Source: an uncultured Pelagibacteraceae bacterium (lineage in GTDB: Bacteria > Pseudomonadota > Alphaproteobacteria > Pelagibacterales > Pelagibacteraceae). From it: DNA of 64,000 bases. This document shows positions 1-10,723 of the stretch, piece by piece. How positions within the stretch are numbered: the first letter of the stretch is position 1; each line of letters opens with the position of its first letter. The notes beneath the pieces were generated by a model. The model was given only the letters and a program-made list of their open reading frames with translations. It searched no databases and had not been told where the DNA came from. The DNA lies in NCBI GenBank assembly GCA_902557775.1, contig CACEBD010000002.1, positions 10,144 through 74,143 of the forward strand. The letters run 5' to 3'. The translations under genes were made by a program, and so were the position numbers.

Positions 1-666
1 GAACTTCTATTAGCATTAATGGGGATAGAAACAAATTTTGGAAAATATTTAGGAAAAATGGATATCGTTTCATCTTTGGCGACATTAAGTTTTGATAAAA
101 GAAGAAGTGATTTTTTTACAAAAGAATTATTAATACTTCTTAATTTAGTAGATAAAAAGATAATAGATAAATCAATTCTTTATGGTTCATGGGCAGGTGC
201 ATTTGGAAATTTTCAATTTATGCCAAGAACAATTAGAAATTATGCCATCGACTATAACAAAAATCAAACTATTGAATTGAAAAAAACAGAAGACTCTTTT
301 GCATCGGCAGCAAACTATTTAAAAAAAATTGGGTGGAAAAAAGGTCAACCTTGTTTTTATAAAATAAATCTTAATAAAGATATTCCTAAGAAATATTTAA
401 ATTCATCAGCAAGAAACATCAAAAATAAAAAAAAAATTAGTTTTTTTAAGAAATATATCTCAAATTTTGAAGATTTAAACATTCAAATGAATGGTTTGAA
501 AGCTGCAATTATAATACCTGATAAAGATATTATTCCTGGCGCAGAAACATTATCTCCTGCGTTTATAGTTTTCGAAAATTATGAAAAGATTTTAAATTGG
601 AACAGGTCTCTAAGGTTTGCTTTAGCGGTTTGTACTTTAAAGGACAACTTTAGAAATGAAATATAG
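1..666 (+). CDS. mltB: Lytic murein transglycosylase B (5'-truncated by window edge)
   Basis: GIETNFG catalytic motif and GSWAGAFGNFQFMP motif; frame is open to the window start. Confidence 0.9.
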   Translation, partial: ELLLALMGIETNFGKYLGKMDIVSSLATLSFDKRRSDFFTKELLILLNLVDKKIIDKSILYGSWAGAFGNFQFMPRTIRNYAIDYNKNQTIELKKTEDSFASAANYLKKIGWKKGQPCFYKINLNKDIPKKYLNSSARNIKNKKKISFFKKYISNFEDLNIQMNGLKAAIIIPDKDIIPGAETLSPAFIVFENYEKILNWNRSLRFALAVCTLKDNFRNEI

Positions 667-1393
667 TTTTATACTATGTGCTTTTTTGCTATTTTCTTGC
701 ACTACTAATATAACAAAATTAGAAAATAGATCGCCATATAGTTCTAAAGGATTTGCATTTATTTATAATGATGAAGATTACAATAATAAAATAATTAAAG
801 GAAAATTAGATAATGCAGAATTGCAAATTTCTCATTCTAAACTAAGTAATAACACTTTACTTAGAATAATTAATCCTAAAACTAATGACTCCATTACTAT
901 TAAAAATTTTAAAAAAATTCAATATCCCGATTTTTATAAAATTCTTATTACAAAAAAAGTATCAGAAGAACTTAATTTAGATTTAAAATTACCTTTGGTT
1001 GAAGTAATCGAAATTAAAAAAAATAAATCATTTATAGCTAAAAAAGCAAAAATTTTTAATGAAGAAAAAAAGATATCTTCAAATGCACCCGTAATGTCAG
1101 TTGAAATATCTAATATTTCAAAAGAAAAAAAAGAAAAAAGAGACTTTAAGAAAGATCAGTTTTTTATTTTAATTGGATCTTTTTATAGAGAAGATACAGC
1201 TACATTTTTAAAGCAAAGAATCAACAAAGAATTACCTGAATATGATACTAATAAATTGAAAATTATTAAAAAAAGTAATAAAAAGATTAATTTAGTTTCT
1301 GGACCTTATAGTACGATTAATATTATGAAAAACGACTATTTTGAATTAAAAAAATTTGGTTTTGAGGATTTAGATATATCTACAAATGAATAA
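656..1393 (+). CDS. RlpA-like lipoprotein with C-terminal SPOR-like domain (divergent)
   Basis: Lipobox LLFSC; position between mltB and dacA; C-terminal ILIGSF...VSGPY SPOR-like pattern. Confidence 0.65.
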   Translation: MKYSFILCAFLLFSCTTNITKLENRSPYSSKGFAFIYNDEDYNNKIIKGKLDNAELQISHSKLSNNTLLRIINPKTNDSITIKNFKKIQYPDFYKILITKKVSEELNLDLKLPLVEVIEIKKNKSFIAKKAKIFNEEKKISSNAPVMSVEISNISKEKKEKRDFKKDQFFILIGSFYREDTATFLKQRINKELPEYDTNKLKIIKKSNKKINLVSGPYSTINIMKNDYFELKKFGFEDLDISTNE

Positions 1394-2534
1394 ATTTTTT
1401 AAAGTTTTAATTATTTATATAAGTTTAATTGCATGTACTTATGCAAATCCATCTATAAATGCTAGAACAGGAATATTGGTCGATTTTCACTCTGATAAAA
1501 TTTTATATGAATTTGATCCAGATGCTAAAATATATCCAGCATCAATGACTAAAATAATGACATCAATCGTAGCATTTGATTTGTTAAAAAATAATAAATT
1601 ATCTTTAGATGACATGTTTGTAGTTTCTGAGAACGCTTGGAGATTATCTCAAAGCGGATATTCTTCAATGTTTATTATGGTGAACGATCAAGTTTCTGTT
1701 GAGGATTTATTAAAAGGGATAATAATCGCATCAGGGAATGACTCTTGTGTAGCCTTAGCTGAAGGGATTGCCGGCTCAGAGGAAAACTTTGCTGAAATGA
1801 TGAATGAGAAAGCGAGTGAAATAGGAATGACATCAACTAATTTTACTAATTCATCTGGAATTAATGATCCTGATAATATTTCCACAGTAAAAGACATAGC
1901 TTTGATGTCTAAATATTTGATTAACAATTATCCAAAATATTATGAATTATTTAAAGAAAAAACTTTTACATGGGATAGAACAGGAGGGGATCCTATTAAG
2001 CAGGGAAATAGAAATCCACTTCTTTATAAAAATGTAGGTGTAGATGGTGTTAAGACAGGATATTTAGCTGTTGAAAAATATTCATTAGCTAGCTCAATGA
2101 TCAAAAAAGATAGGAGATTAATAGCAGTGGTATCAGGTTTTCCTACAAAAAATTTAAGAAGCTCTGAGTCTTTAAAATTATTAAATTGGGGTTTTAGAAA
2201 TACAAATACATTTGAAGTGAGTAATAAAGAAAAATCTACTTTTGAATTGGATACTTGGCTTGCAAATAAAGATAAAATTAAGGCTGTTTCTGAAGAAGAT
2301 TACTATATTACTATAAATAAAAAAAACGTCAGAAATTTGAAAGTATCTCTTAAATACAGTGGCCCGATAGTAGCACCTGTAGATAAAGGAGAAAAAATAG
2401 CAGAACTAGTAGTTTCCGATAAAAGTGAAATTATTAAAACATTACCTCTTTATGCAGCAGAGGACTTAAAGAAAGTAAATTTTTTTAAAAGTTTAATTAC
2501 CTCAATAAATTATTTGATTTGGGGAGATGTTTAA
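1386..2534 (+). CDS. dacA: D-alanyl-D-alanine carboxypeptidase (PBP5/6)
   Basis: PASMTK (SxxK), SGN (SxN) and KTG motifs. Confidence 0.95.
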   Translation: MNKFFKVLIIYISLIACTYANPSINARTGILVDFHSDKILYEFDPDAKIYPASMTKIMTSIVAFDLLKNNKLSLDDMFVVSENAWRLSQSGYSSMFIMVNDQVSVEDLLKGIIIASGNDSCVALAEGIAGSEENFAEMMNEKASEIGMTSTNFTNSSGINDPDNISTVKDIALMSKYLINNYPKYYELFKEKTFTWDRTGGDPIKQGNRNPLLYKNVGVDGVKTGYLAVEKYSLASSMIKKDRRLIAVVSGFPTKNLRSSESLKLLNWGFRNTNTFEVSNKEKSTFELDTWLANKDKIKAVSEEDYYITINKKNVRNLKVSLKYSGPIVAPVDKGEKIAELVVSDKSEIIKTLPLYAAEDLKKVNFFKSLITSINYLIWGDV

Positions 2535-3171
2535 AAAGAAATCCCTATTTATAGTTTTTGAAGGAGTCGAAGGTTGTGGAAAATCTTTCCAATCTAAAAA
2601 ATTATTCAGTAATCTTAAGAAAAGAAAAATTCCAGTAATTTTAACAAGAGAACCAGGGGGAACCAAAAGCGCGGAATTAATTAGAAATTTGATCCTTAGA
2701 GATTATTTTAAAAAAGCAAAAAAAGAGAAATTTGATAAGTATACTGATACATTGCTTTATCTTGCAGCTAGAAATGAACATGTAAAGAATAAAATACTAC
2801 CAGCTTTAAAACATAAAAAGGTAGTTATATGCGATAGATTCAAAGACTCATCATTTGCTTATCAAGTTTTTGGTAAAAAAGTAAGTTCAAATTTCATTAA
2901 CAATATACATAAATATATTTTAAATGGACTTAAACCAAACTTAACTTTTGTACTTAAGGTATCTGCTAAAGCTTCTAGACGAAGACTGTTAAAACGAAAA
3001 ACAAAGAATAGATATGATAATTTTAAGCAATCTTTTTATAATAAAGTTCAAAATTCCTTTTTAAGAATTTCTAGAAATAAGAAGAACTATTATATTTTAG
3101 AGTCGTCAAATAATGACAACCTTTTAGAGAAAAAAATTTTTAAAATTACTTGTAAATACTTAAACTTATAA
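2527..3171 (+). CDS. tmk: Thymidylate kinase
   Basis: FEGVEGCGKS P-loop, TREPGGT, ICDRF motifs. Confidence 0.95.
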   Translation: MFKKKSLFIVFEGVEGCGKSFQSKKLFSNLKKRKIPVILTREPGGTKSAELIRNLILRDYFKKAKKEKFDKYTDTLLYLAARNEHVKNKILPALKHKKVVICDRFKDSSFAYQVFGKKVSSNFINNIHKYILNGLKPNLTFVLKVSAKASRRRLLKRKTKNRYDNFKQSFYNKVQNSFLRISRNKKNYYILESSNNDNLLEKKIFKITCKYLNL

Positions 3172-4106
3172 TGAACTTAACTGATTTTTTTAATCCTAAG
3201 AAAACTTTAAAATTATTTGGTTTAGATAATGAATTTAATTTTCTTAAAAACTTACTTTTAAAGGAAAAATTACCAAAAGTTTTATTGTTATCTGGTAAAA
3301 AAGGCTCAGGCAAATATACGCTTGTAAATCATTTAATGTTTTTTTTCTTTGATAAAAAAAATTATGATTTAAATTCAAGACAAATTATAGATAAAAATTT
3401 TATTTATCATCAATTATTGGAAAATACATTTCCTAATATTATTTACTTGAATGGATTAGATTACAAAAATGCTAAGATTGAAAATATTCGAGAATTAAAA
3501 AATCAACTACTAAAATCTCCTTTGAGCGATAATAAAAGATTTGTTATTTTTGATGATGTTGAATGTTTTAATAAAAATAGTCTGAATGCACTTTTAAAAA
3601 TTATAGAAGAACCTAGTGTAAAAAATTATTTTATATTAATAAATAATAATTCTAAACCTTTATTGGAAACTATAAAATCAAGATGTCTTGAAATTAAGAT
3701 AATTTTATCAAGTAAAAAAAAAGATATAATTAAAAGTTCATTGTTTGATTATTTCAATCAAAAAATGATTTTTAATAATAATTCACTAGATATTTCCCCA
3801 GGAAACTTTTTAAAATTTAACTATATTATTACACAACATGATATTCGCTTAGAGAACGGTTATATTGTAAATTTAGGTATTATTCTTGATCTTTTTAAAA
3901 AGAAGAAAGATCCCAATTATAGAGATTTGTTATTATTTTTAACAGAATATTATTTTAGCTCTATTAAATTCAAAAAAATGAATGACTATCATGATGTAAT
4001 TGAGAAAAGAACTTATATAATTAAAAATATTAATGATTTTTTTTTATATAACATGAATCAAAAAACCTTAATAAATTCTATAGAAAGCACACTTCTAAAT
4101 GAGTAA
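3171..4106 (+). CDS. holB: DNA polymerase III subunit delta'
   Basis: GKKGSGK, NALLKIIEEP, TIKSRC motifs; tmk-holB-metG-tatD synteny. Confidence 0.9.
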   Translation: MNLTDFFNPKKTLKLFGLDNEFNFLKNLLLKEKLPKVLLLSGKKGSGKYTLVNHLMFFFFDKKNYDLNSRQIIDKNFIYHQLLENTFPNIIYLNGLDYKNAKIENIRELKNQLLKSPLSDNKRFVIFDDVECFNKNSLNALLKIIEEPSVKNYFILINNNSKPLLETIKSRCLEIKIILSSKKKDIIKSSLFDYFNQKMIFNNNSLDISPGNFLKFNYIITQHDIRLENGYIVNLGIILDLFKKKKDPNYRDLLLFLTEYYFSSIKFKKMNDYHDVIEKRTYIIKNINDFFLYNMNQKTLINSIESTLLNE

Positions 4107-5640
4107 AAACTTTTATATTACAACTCCAATTTACTATCCATCTGGTAAACCGCATATGGGACATGCTTATTCAAGTATTGTGGCAGATGTATTTGCGCGT
4201 TTTAAAAGAATTGAAGGTTATGAAGTTTTATTTTTAACAGGCACAGATGAACATGGACAAAAAATTCAAAAAGAGGCACAAAAAAACAAAAAAGACCCAA
4301 AGCAATTTTGCGACGAGTTATCAGATAAATTTTTATCTTTAACTAAAAGTCTATGTCTTTCTAATGATGATTTTATAAGAACAACTGAAAACAGGCATTT
4401 AAAATCTGTTCAAGAAATATGGAATAGGTTGGTCAAATCAGGTGATATTTATTTAGATAAATATAGCGGTTGGTATTCAGTATCAGATGAAGCCTTTTAT
4501 GATAAAGATGAAATTGAAGAAATAGATGGAAAAAAATTTTCAAAAATCTCAGGATCACCTGTTGAGTGGGTTGAAGAGGAGTCTTATTTTTTTAAATTAT
4601 CAGCGTGGTCTAATAAATTGTTAGAATTTTATAAAAAAAATAATAATTTTATACTTCCTGTTTCAAGAAAAAATGAAGTAGTGAGTTTTGTGCAAAAAGG
4701 ATTAAAAGATCTATCGATTAGTAGAACATCTTTTTCTTGGGGGATACCTGTACCAAATAATAATAAGCACGTTATATATGTTTGGTTAGACGCTTTGACA
4801 AATTACTTAAGCGCACTTAATTTTCCTAACATTGAAGATAAAAAATATAAAGCTTTTTGGCCTGCAGATGTTCATATTATTGGAAAAGATATTTTAAGAT
4901 TTCATGCCATATACTGGCCAGCTTTTTTGATTGCAGCAAATTTACCATTACCGAAAAGAGTATTCGGACATGGCTGGATCCTTTCAGATGATAAGAAAAT
5001 GTCTAAATCACTTGGTAACATCTTAGATCCAATTGAGATAATCAAAGATTATGGAATAGATCAACTAAGATATTATTTGATTAAAGAAGTTTCTTTAGGA
5101 AACGATGGCAGTATATCAATGGAAAATCTTAAAAATTGTATTAACAATGATTTAGCTAATAACTATGGTAATCTATGTCAAAGAGTTTTTTCCTTCATAA
5201 AAAAAAATTGTAACAATAAAATACCAAAAAAAAATAGATTAAACAAAAGTGATATTAGATTAATTGGAAATATTAAAGATAATCTTGCTAAACTTATTGA
5301 TTATATAAATAATCAAAATTTAAATGAATATATTAAAATGGTAGTAAATTTTTCGTTTGAGGCAAACAAATATTTTAATGATTCAGAGCCATGGTCTTTA
5401 AAAAAAAAAGATCCCGAAAGAATGAATGCAATTCTTTATACAATTTCGGAACAAATAAAAAACATTTCTATTCTTTTAAATCCAATTATACCGATTTCTA
5501 CTAAAAAAGTTTTAGATACAATTAATTTATCAGATAAGGATGTTTCTATCGATAGTATTAAAAAAGACGAGATTTTTGACTATAATTTAGAGTTAAAAAA
5601 TTTAGATATTTTATTTAAAAAGATTGAAAATGATAATTGA
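4099..5640 (+). CDS. metG: Methionine--tRNA ligase
   Basis: YITTPIYY, HMGH (HIGH) and KMSKS motifs. Confidence 0.98.
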   Translation: MSKNFYITTPIYYPSGKPHMGHAYSSIVADVFARFKRIEGYEVLFLTGTDEHGQKIQKEAQKNKKDPKQFCDELSDKFLSLTKSLCLSNDDFIRTTENRHLKSVQEIWNRLVKSGDIYLDKYSGWYSVSDEAFYDKDEIEEIDGKKFSKISGSPVEWVEEESYFFKLSAWSNKLLEFYKKNNNFILPVSRKNEVVSFVQKGLKDLSISRTSFSWGIPVPNNNKHVIYVWLDALTNYLSALNFPNIEDKKYKAFWPADVHIIGKDILRFHAIYWPAFLIAANLPLPKRVFGHGWILSDDKKMSKSLGNILDPIEIIKDYGIDQLRYYLIKEVSLGNDGSISMENLKNCINNDLANNYGNLCQRVFSFIKKNCNNKIPKKNRLNKSDIRLIGNIKDNLAKLIDYINNQNLNEYIKMVVNFSFEANKYFNDSEPWSLKKKDPERMNAILYTISEQIKNISILLNPIIPISTKKVLDTINLSDKDVSIDSIKKDEIFDYNLELKNLDILFKKIENDN

Positions 5641-6406
5641 TTCACATTGCCATCTGACATACGAACCGATGTCAAATAATTTAAAAGAAACCATTGATAG
5701 AGCAAATAAAGAAGGTATTAAATACATGCTTACTATATCGACAAAAGATAAAAGTTTTGAACAAATACTTAAGATAGTTAATAGCTACAAAAGCGTTTAC
5801 GGCACTTATGGAATTCATCCCCATGAAGCTAAGTTACATCAACATATTCAAAGAGTTGATATAATAAATAAAGTTAATCTAAATAAGAAAATTATTGGCA
5901 TTGGTGAAACAGGATTAGACTTTTATTACAATCATTCTGAGAAAAAAGATCAGATTAATTCTTTTGAAGAACACATATCAGCAGCACAAGAAAAAAATCT
6001 ACCACTTATAGTTCACACAAGATCTGCAGAAAAAGAAACTTTACAAATATTGGAAAAACATTCCAAAAAAAAAGAGACTAAAATTCTTATTCATTGTTTT
6101 ACCGGATCGAAAGAATTTGCTTTTAAATTATTAGATTTAGGTGCTTACATTTCTGCTAGTGGAGTAGTAACATTCAAAAAATCTCAGGACTTAGCCAATA
6201 CTTTCAGAGATATACCAAATGACAAAATATTAGTTGAAACTGATGCCCCATATCTTGCCCCTGTGCCATTAAGAGGTAAACCGAACGAACCCAGTTACAT
6301 AATACATACAGTAAAGTTTTTATCTAAAATTAAAAGTTTATCATTTGATGAATTTTCAGAGATTACAAGTAACAATTTTTTCAATTTGTTTGGTAAATTA
6401 AATTGA
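5630..6406 (+). CDS. tatD: TatD family deoxyribonuclease
   Basis: IDSHCHL, GIHPH, GETGLD, ETDAPY motifs; start taken at MIIDSH. Confidence 0.92.
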   Translation: MIIDSHCHLTYEPMSNNLKETIDRANKEGIKYMLTISTKDKSFEQILKIVNSYKSVYGTYGIHPHEAKLHQHIQRVDIINKVNLNKKIIGIGETGLDFYYNHSEKKDQINSFEEHISAAQEKNLPLIVHTRSAEKETLQILEKHSKKKETKILIHCFTGSKEFAFKLLDLGAYISASGVVTFKKSQDLANTFRDIPNDKILVETDAPYLAPVPLRGKPNEPSYIIHTVKFLSKIKSLSFDEFSEITSNNFFNLFGKLN

Positions 6407-7170
6407 AAAGTAAATTTACGATTCTAGGCTGCGGAAGTTCACTCGGATCCCCCTGGATAACTAATTACAGAGGAAATCTAAAACCAAGTCCAAAAAATTT
6501 AAGGACTAGGTGTTGCGCTCATATCCAAAAAGGTAATTTGTCTGTTTGTATTGATACTTCACCTGATATTAAATATCAATTTTTAAAAAATAAAATTAAA
6601 AATCTTGATTCAATTATTTATACTCACGAACATGCTGATCAGACAGCTGGCATATTTGAAATGAGACCGTTTTATTGGAAAAATAAATCAAAGATCCCAA
6701 TTTACGGAAGTCGAAGAACGATAGCAGCTTTAAAAAAATCTTACAGATTTTGTTTTTTTGAGGAGCAGGGGTATAAGCCGATTATGAAAGCGAATATAAT
6801 TGATAAATGTTTTTCTATAAGAAAAAATAAAACAAAATTGTTTATCAAATCATTTCAAGTCACTCATGGATTAATAAAATCAACCGGATACGTTATAGAT
6901 AAAATTGCCTATATTAGTGATTGTAGTAACATCTCTTTGAAGAGTATAAATCTTCTCAAAAATCTAAACTACCTGGTATTAGATTGCCTTAAAATCGATA
7001 AACATCCATCACACTTTAATCTTCAAGAAGCTATAAATTTAATAAATATAACCAAACCTAAAAAAGCTATACTTACTAATTTGCATACGGATTTAGATTA
7101 CTTTGAACTAAAAAAAATACTACCTAAAAATATTATCCCTGCATATGATGGATTAAGTTTTACTAGTTAA
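6403..7170 (+). CDS. MBL-fold metallo-hydrolase (PhnP-like)
   Basis: LGCGSSLGSP, THEHADQ, AYDGL; typical partner downstream of tatD; TTG start. Confidence 0.88.
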   Translation: MKSKFTILGCGSSLGSPWITNYRGNLKPSPKNLRTRCCAHIQKGNLSVCIDTSPDIKYQFLKNKIKNLDSIIYTHEHADQTAGIFEMRPFYWKNKSKIPIYGSRRTIAALKKSYRFCFFEEQGYKPIMKANIIDKCFSIRKNKTKLFIKSFQVTHGLIKSTGYVIDKIAYISDCSNISLKSINLLKNLNYLVLDCLKIDKHPSHFNLQEAINLINITKPKKAILTNLHTDLDYFELKKILPKNIIPAYDGLSFTS

Positions 7171-7703
7171 ATCAAGTTTTCAATTACTTTAATAAATTTT
7201 TTTGACGAAGGTTTTGTTATTGATGAGAATGTTTCAGCAACTTTTCCATCTTTTCCAATTATAATTTTGTGAAAATTCCATTTTGGCATTGCGCCAATAC
7301 CATAATTTCTTCTTGCCCATTTATAAAATGGATGTGAATTATTTCCTATTACGTTAATCTTTTCTGTCATCGGAAATGTAATTCCAAAATTTGTTTCACA
7401 AAAGTCTTTAATTTCTTTGTTGTTACCAGGTTCTTGTTTAAAGTTATTAGTGGGGATACCTAAAACAATTAAATTTTTACTTTTATATTCAGACCACAAT
7501 TTTTGAAGATCTTCATATTGAGGCGTGTAACCACATCTACTCGCAACATTAACTACTACAATAACCTTCCCTCTATACTGACTTAGTTTGATTAAGTCTC
7601 CATCTATACTTTTAAATTCGTAATCATAAGCAGTGCCACTATTCCCAGCTATAACTTTTGAAAAAAAACTAAACATAAATAAAATAATGAATATTTTTTT
7701 CAT
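7167..7703 (-). CDS. Glutathione peroxidase family protein (Cys type, with signal peptide)
   Basis: VNVASRCGYT, QEPG and PKWNFHK motifs. Confidence 0.93.
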   Translation of the reverse strand: MKKIFIILFMFSFFSKVIAGNSGTAYDYEFKSIDGDLIKLSQYRGKVIVVVNVASRCGYTPQYEDLQKLWSEYKSKNLIVLGIPTNNFKQEPGNNKEIKDFCETNFGITFPMTEKINVIGNNSHPFYKWARRNYGIGAMPKWNFHKIIIGKDGKVAETFSSITKPSSKKFIKVIENLI

Positions 7704-8101
7704 AATTTTAATGCTTTTAATACTGCATCAATTGGCAAAAATATACATTTAAATCTATTAAAATTGTCGCTATTTAGTAATTTTTTGAAATCAGACAATC
7801 TCTTAGGAATTTTTACTTTTTTTTTTAATGATATTTTTTTTAGGGTTATAAAATCATTTTTAATATCTTTTAATTTAACGTTTTTTATCTTTCTCGATAG
7901 AAGACTTGCGGAGGCTTCACAATAAATACAGGATTCAGTTTCGTATTTCATTGAGCTTATCTTTTTTTTATCTGCTATTAGCTCTAAGGTAATTTTGTCT
8001 CCACAAGTTGAGTTTTTTAGTGATATCTTGTGTGAATATTTGTTTTTAAGACCTACATTTGAAGTATTATAAGCTAGTCTAATGATTTCTTTATTGATCA
8101 T
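7700..8101 (-). CDS. IscU/NifU_N-like Fe-S scaffold or sulfur-transfer protein
   Basis: NSTCGD, CIYCEASAS and RFKCIFLP motifs. Confidence 0.8.
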   Translation of the reverse strand: MINKEIIRLAYNTSNVGLKNKYSHKISLKNSTCGDKITLELIADKKKISSMKYETESCIYCEASASLLSRKIKNVKLKDIKNDFITLKKISLKKKVKIPKRLSDFKKLLNSDNFNRFKCIFLPIDAVLKALKL

Positions 8102-9270
8102 TTCTTAGAAGAAAATAAAAGTAAGAAATATCCAAAGAGTGTAGAAAGAAGTGAGCCCGTCAACACTCCAATTTTCACTCCATCCATATATTCTAAATTA
8201 TTTACAAAAGCTAAATTTCCAACAAATAGACTCATTGTAAATCCAATACCTGTTAATATTGAAACTCCATAAAGAGCTAACCATGTAGAACCGGATGGTT
8301 TATCAGCAAATTTAAGTTTAACAGATATATAAGAGAGGGCAAAAACACCAATTTGTTTTCCAAAAAATAGACCTAAAACGATTCCAAGAGGCACAGGATT
8401 CAGCAATGAAGCAAAAGTTAGTCCCTCAAGAGAGACTCCTGCATTGGCAAAAGCAAAAATTGGCATTATTCCAAAAGCAACATAAGGGGATAAACCATGT
8501 TCTAATTTAAGTAACATTGACTCTTTGCTTTTATTTTTTGTATGTGGAATTGTCAGGGCTAATAAAACACCTGCAATTGTAGCATGTATTCCCGATTGAT
8601 GTGTGAAATCCCATAGAAAAATTCCTACAATTAAAAAAGGTAAGAAACTTTTTACTCTATATTTATTAAGCGATATTAAAACAATCAAAGATAATAACAT
8701 TAAAATTAAATATTTAGCTTCAATATTGCCAGAGTAAAAAAAAGCAATGATAACTATTGCTCCTAAATCATCTATAATTGCTAGGGCAGTCAAAAATACT
8801 TTAAGCGATATCGGAACTCTTTTACCTAATAACGATAAAACTCCTAAAGAAAAAGCAATATCTGTGGCTGAAGGTATAGCCCAACCATTTAATGTTGTGC
8901 TGTCTGAATAATTTACAACAATATAGAATAAAGCTGGTACCGCCATTCCTCCGACCGCACCTATGATAGGCAGCATAGCTTGTTTCGGATTAGATAATTC
9001 TCCCTGAATAAATTCTCTTTTTATCTCTAATGAAACAAAAAAGAAAAATATAGCCATCAGAACGTCATTTATCCAATGAAGAACACTTAGTTTTAAACCA
9101 AATTCTTTAGTACCAAGTGTGATATATTTTTCTAAGGTAGAAAAATAAATTTCACTTAAGCCACCATTACTAATTATTAGTGCTAGTATTGCGGCAAATA
9201 ACAAAACTAAGCCAGAAGCAGCCTCAAGTTTAAAAAAATATTTAAATGGTTTTGTAATATGCTGTATCAT
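8098..9270 (-). CDS. nhaA: Na+/H+ antiporter NhaA
   Basis: HWINDVLM, GWAIPSATDIAF, LAIIDD, GIGFTMSLF motifs. Confidence 0.97.
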   Translation of the reverse strand: MIQHITKPFKYFFKLEAASGLVLLFAAILALIISNGGLSEIYFSTLEKYITLGTKEFGLKLSVLHWINDVLMAIFFFFVSLEIKREFIQGELSNPKQAMLPIIGAVGGMAVPALFYIVVNYSDSTTLNGWAIPSATDIAFSLGVLSLLGKRVPISLKVFLTALAIIDDLGAIVIIAFFYSGNIEAKYLILMLLSLIVLISLNKYRVKSFLPFLIVGIFLWDFTHQSGIHATIAGVLLALTIPHTKNKSKESMLLKLEHGLSPYVAFGIMPIFAFANAGVSLEGLTFASLLNPVPLGIVLGLFFGKQIGVFALSYISVKLKFADKPSGSTWLALYGVSILTGIGFTMSLFVGNLAFVNNLEYMDGVKIGVLTGSLLSTLFGYFLLLFSSKK

Positions 9271-9305
9271 TGGTATTATTTACTTCTATAGAGACTATCT
9301 TTCAA

Positions 9306-9334
9306 TTGCCAAAATCACTTAATTAACCTATAAA
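9306..9334 (+). promoter_or_regulatory. Sigma70-type promoter for tRNA-Pro
   Basis: TTGCCA-N17-TATAAA, ending 9 bp before the tRNA 5' end. Confidence 0.6.
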
Positions 9335-9343
9335 ACAGACGTT

Positions 9344-9420
<77 letters not shown>

Positions 9421-9428
9421 TTATTAAT

Positions 9429-9713
9429 ATGAAAAAAGCAAAAATTTACATTCCTGCCAAAACTGCGATGCAATCGGGTAGGGGCAAACTTAAAAATTGG
9501 GTGTTAGAATTTACAACCAAAGATCCCTCAATAAATCCTTTAATGGGATGGGAGACATCGATGGACACCCTTGAAGAAGTTATTATTAAGTTTCCATCAA
9601 AAGAAAAAGCTATAGAATATGCTGAAAAAAATAATATATCTTATAATGTTATTGAACCTAAAAAGAGAGAATTTGTTATAAAATCATACGCAGATAATTT
9701 TCTTAAAGATTAA
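9429..9713 (+). CDS. ETC complex I subunit (NDUFS4-like)
   Basis: PAKTAMQSG, PLMGW and KSYADNF motifs. Confidence 0.92.
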   Translation: MKKAKIYIPAKTAMQSGRGKLKNWVLEFTTKDPSINPLMGWETSMDTLEEVIIKFPSKEKAIEYAEKNNISYNVIEPKKREFVIKSYADNFLKD

Positions 9714-9715
9714 AT

Positions 9716-10723
9716 ATGTGGAGAAGTTTTTTCAGAGATAAAAAATGGTTTTATTGGTCCTATGGAGGAGGTTTTTTTATTATTTCTTTGCTTGTGCTGC
9801 AAACCTATTTAGATGTTCTATTCAATAGTTGGTACAAGGATTTTTATGATATTTTACAAACAGCTGAGAAACGTGAGATAGCAGAGTTTTGGGAGTCAAT
9901 AAAAAGGTTTTTATATATAGCACTTCCATACGTTACACTTTTTGCTTTTACTAATTGGTTTACAAGGTTATGGGCATTTAGATGGAGAGAAGCTATGACG
10001 TTTTCGTATATGCCTTATTGGAGAGCCACTGAGGCAAAAGTAGAGGGCTCATCTCAAAGAATTCAAGAAGACTGTATGAACTTTGCAAAAATTGTGGAGT
10101 CAATTGGATTGCAAGTTGTCAAAGCTATTATGACATTAATAGCATTTATACCAATTTTATGGGTTCTTTCTTCAAATGTAACTGTACCTTTTTTAAACAA
10201 CGTATCTGGATCTTTAGTATGGGTAGCTCTTACTCTAAGTTTAGGAGGAATACTTATTAGTTGGTTAGTTGGAATAAAATTACCTGGTCTTGAATATAAC
10301 AATCAGAAGGTTGAAGCTGCATTTAGAAAAGAATTAGTTTACGGTGAAGACGATAGAAAAAATTATGTTCAAGCTCCTACAATATTGCAATTGTTTACTG
10401 GAATAAAATTTAATTACCATAAACTATTTTTACACTACGGATATTTTGATTTATGGGCTATTTGGTATAGACAATTATTTGTAATTGTACCATTTTTAAT
10501 AATGGCACCAGGATTGTTTACTGCAGCGTTCACTTTGGGTATTATGATGCAAGTAGTAAATGCATTTGGTGAAGTTAAGGACGCTTTCTCTGTATTTTTG
10601 TATAATTGGACAAGAATTACAGAATTAAGATCAATACATAAGCGATTAATGGAGTTTGAAACGGCTATTAATTATAACACTAATAAGTTGAGAAAGCCTA
10701 GAAAATCTGATGTAAGAGTTTAA
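9716..10723 (+). CDS. SbmA/BacA-like peptide transporter
   Basis: FRWREAM, EGSSQRIQED, NNQKVEAAFRKELVYGEDD motifs. Confidence 0.88.
   Translation: MWRSFFRDKKWFYWSYGGGFFIISLLVLQTYLDVLFNSWYKDFYDILQTAEKREIAEFWESIKRFLYIALPYVTLFAFTNWFTRLWAFRWREAMTFSYMPYWRATEAKVEGSSQRIQEDCMNFAKIVESIGLQVVKAIMTLIAFIPILWVLSSNVTVPFLNNVSGSLVWVALTLSLGGILISWLVGIKLPGLEYNNQKVEAAFRKELVYGEDDRKNYVQAPTILQLFTGIKFNYHKLFLHYGYFDLWAIWYRQLFVIVPFLIMAPGLFTAAFTLGIMMQVVNAFGEVKDAFSVFLYNWTRITELRSIHKRLMEFETAINYNTNKLRKPRKSDVRV

Noticed and set aside
7167-7703. Selenocysteine glutathione peroxidase
   Set aside because: The active-site codon is TGT (Cys) and there is no in-frame TGA
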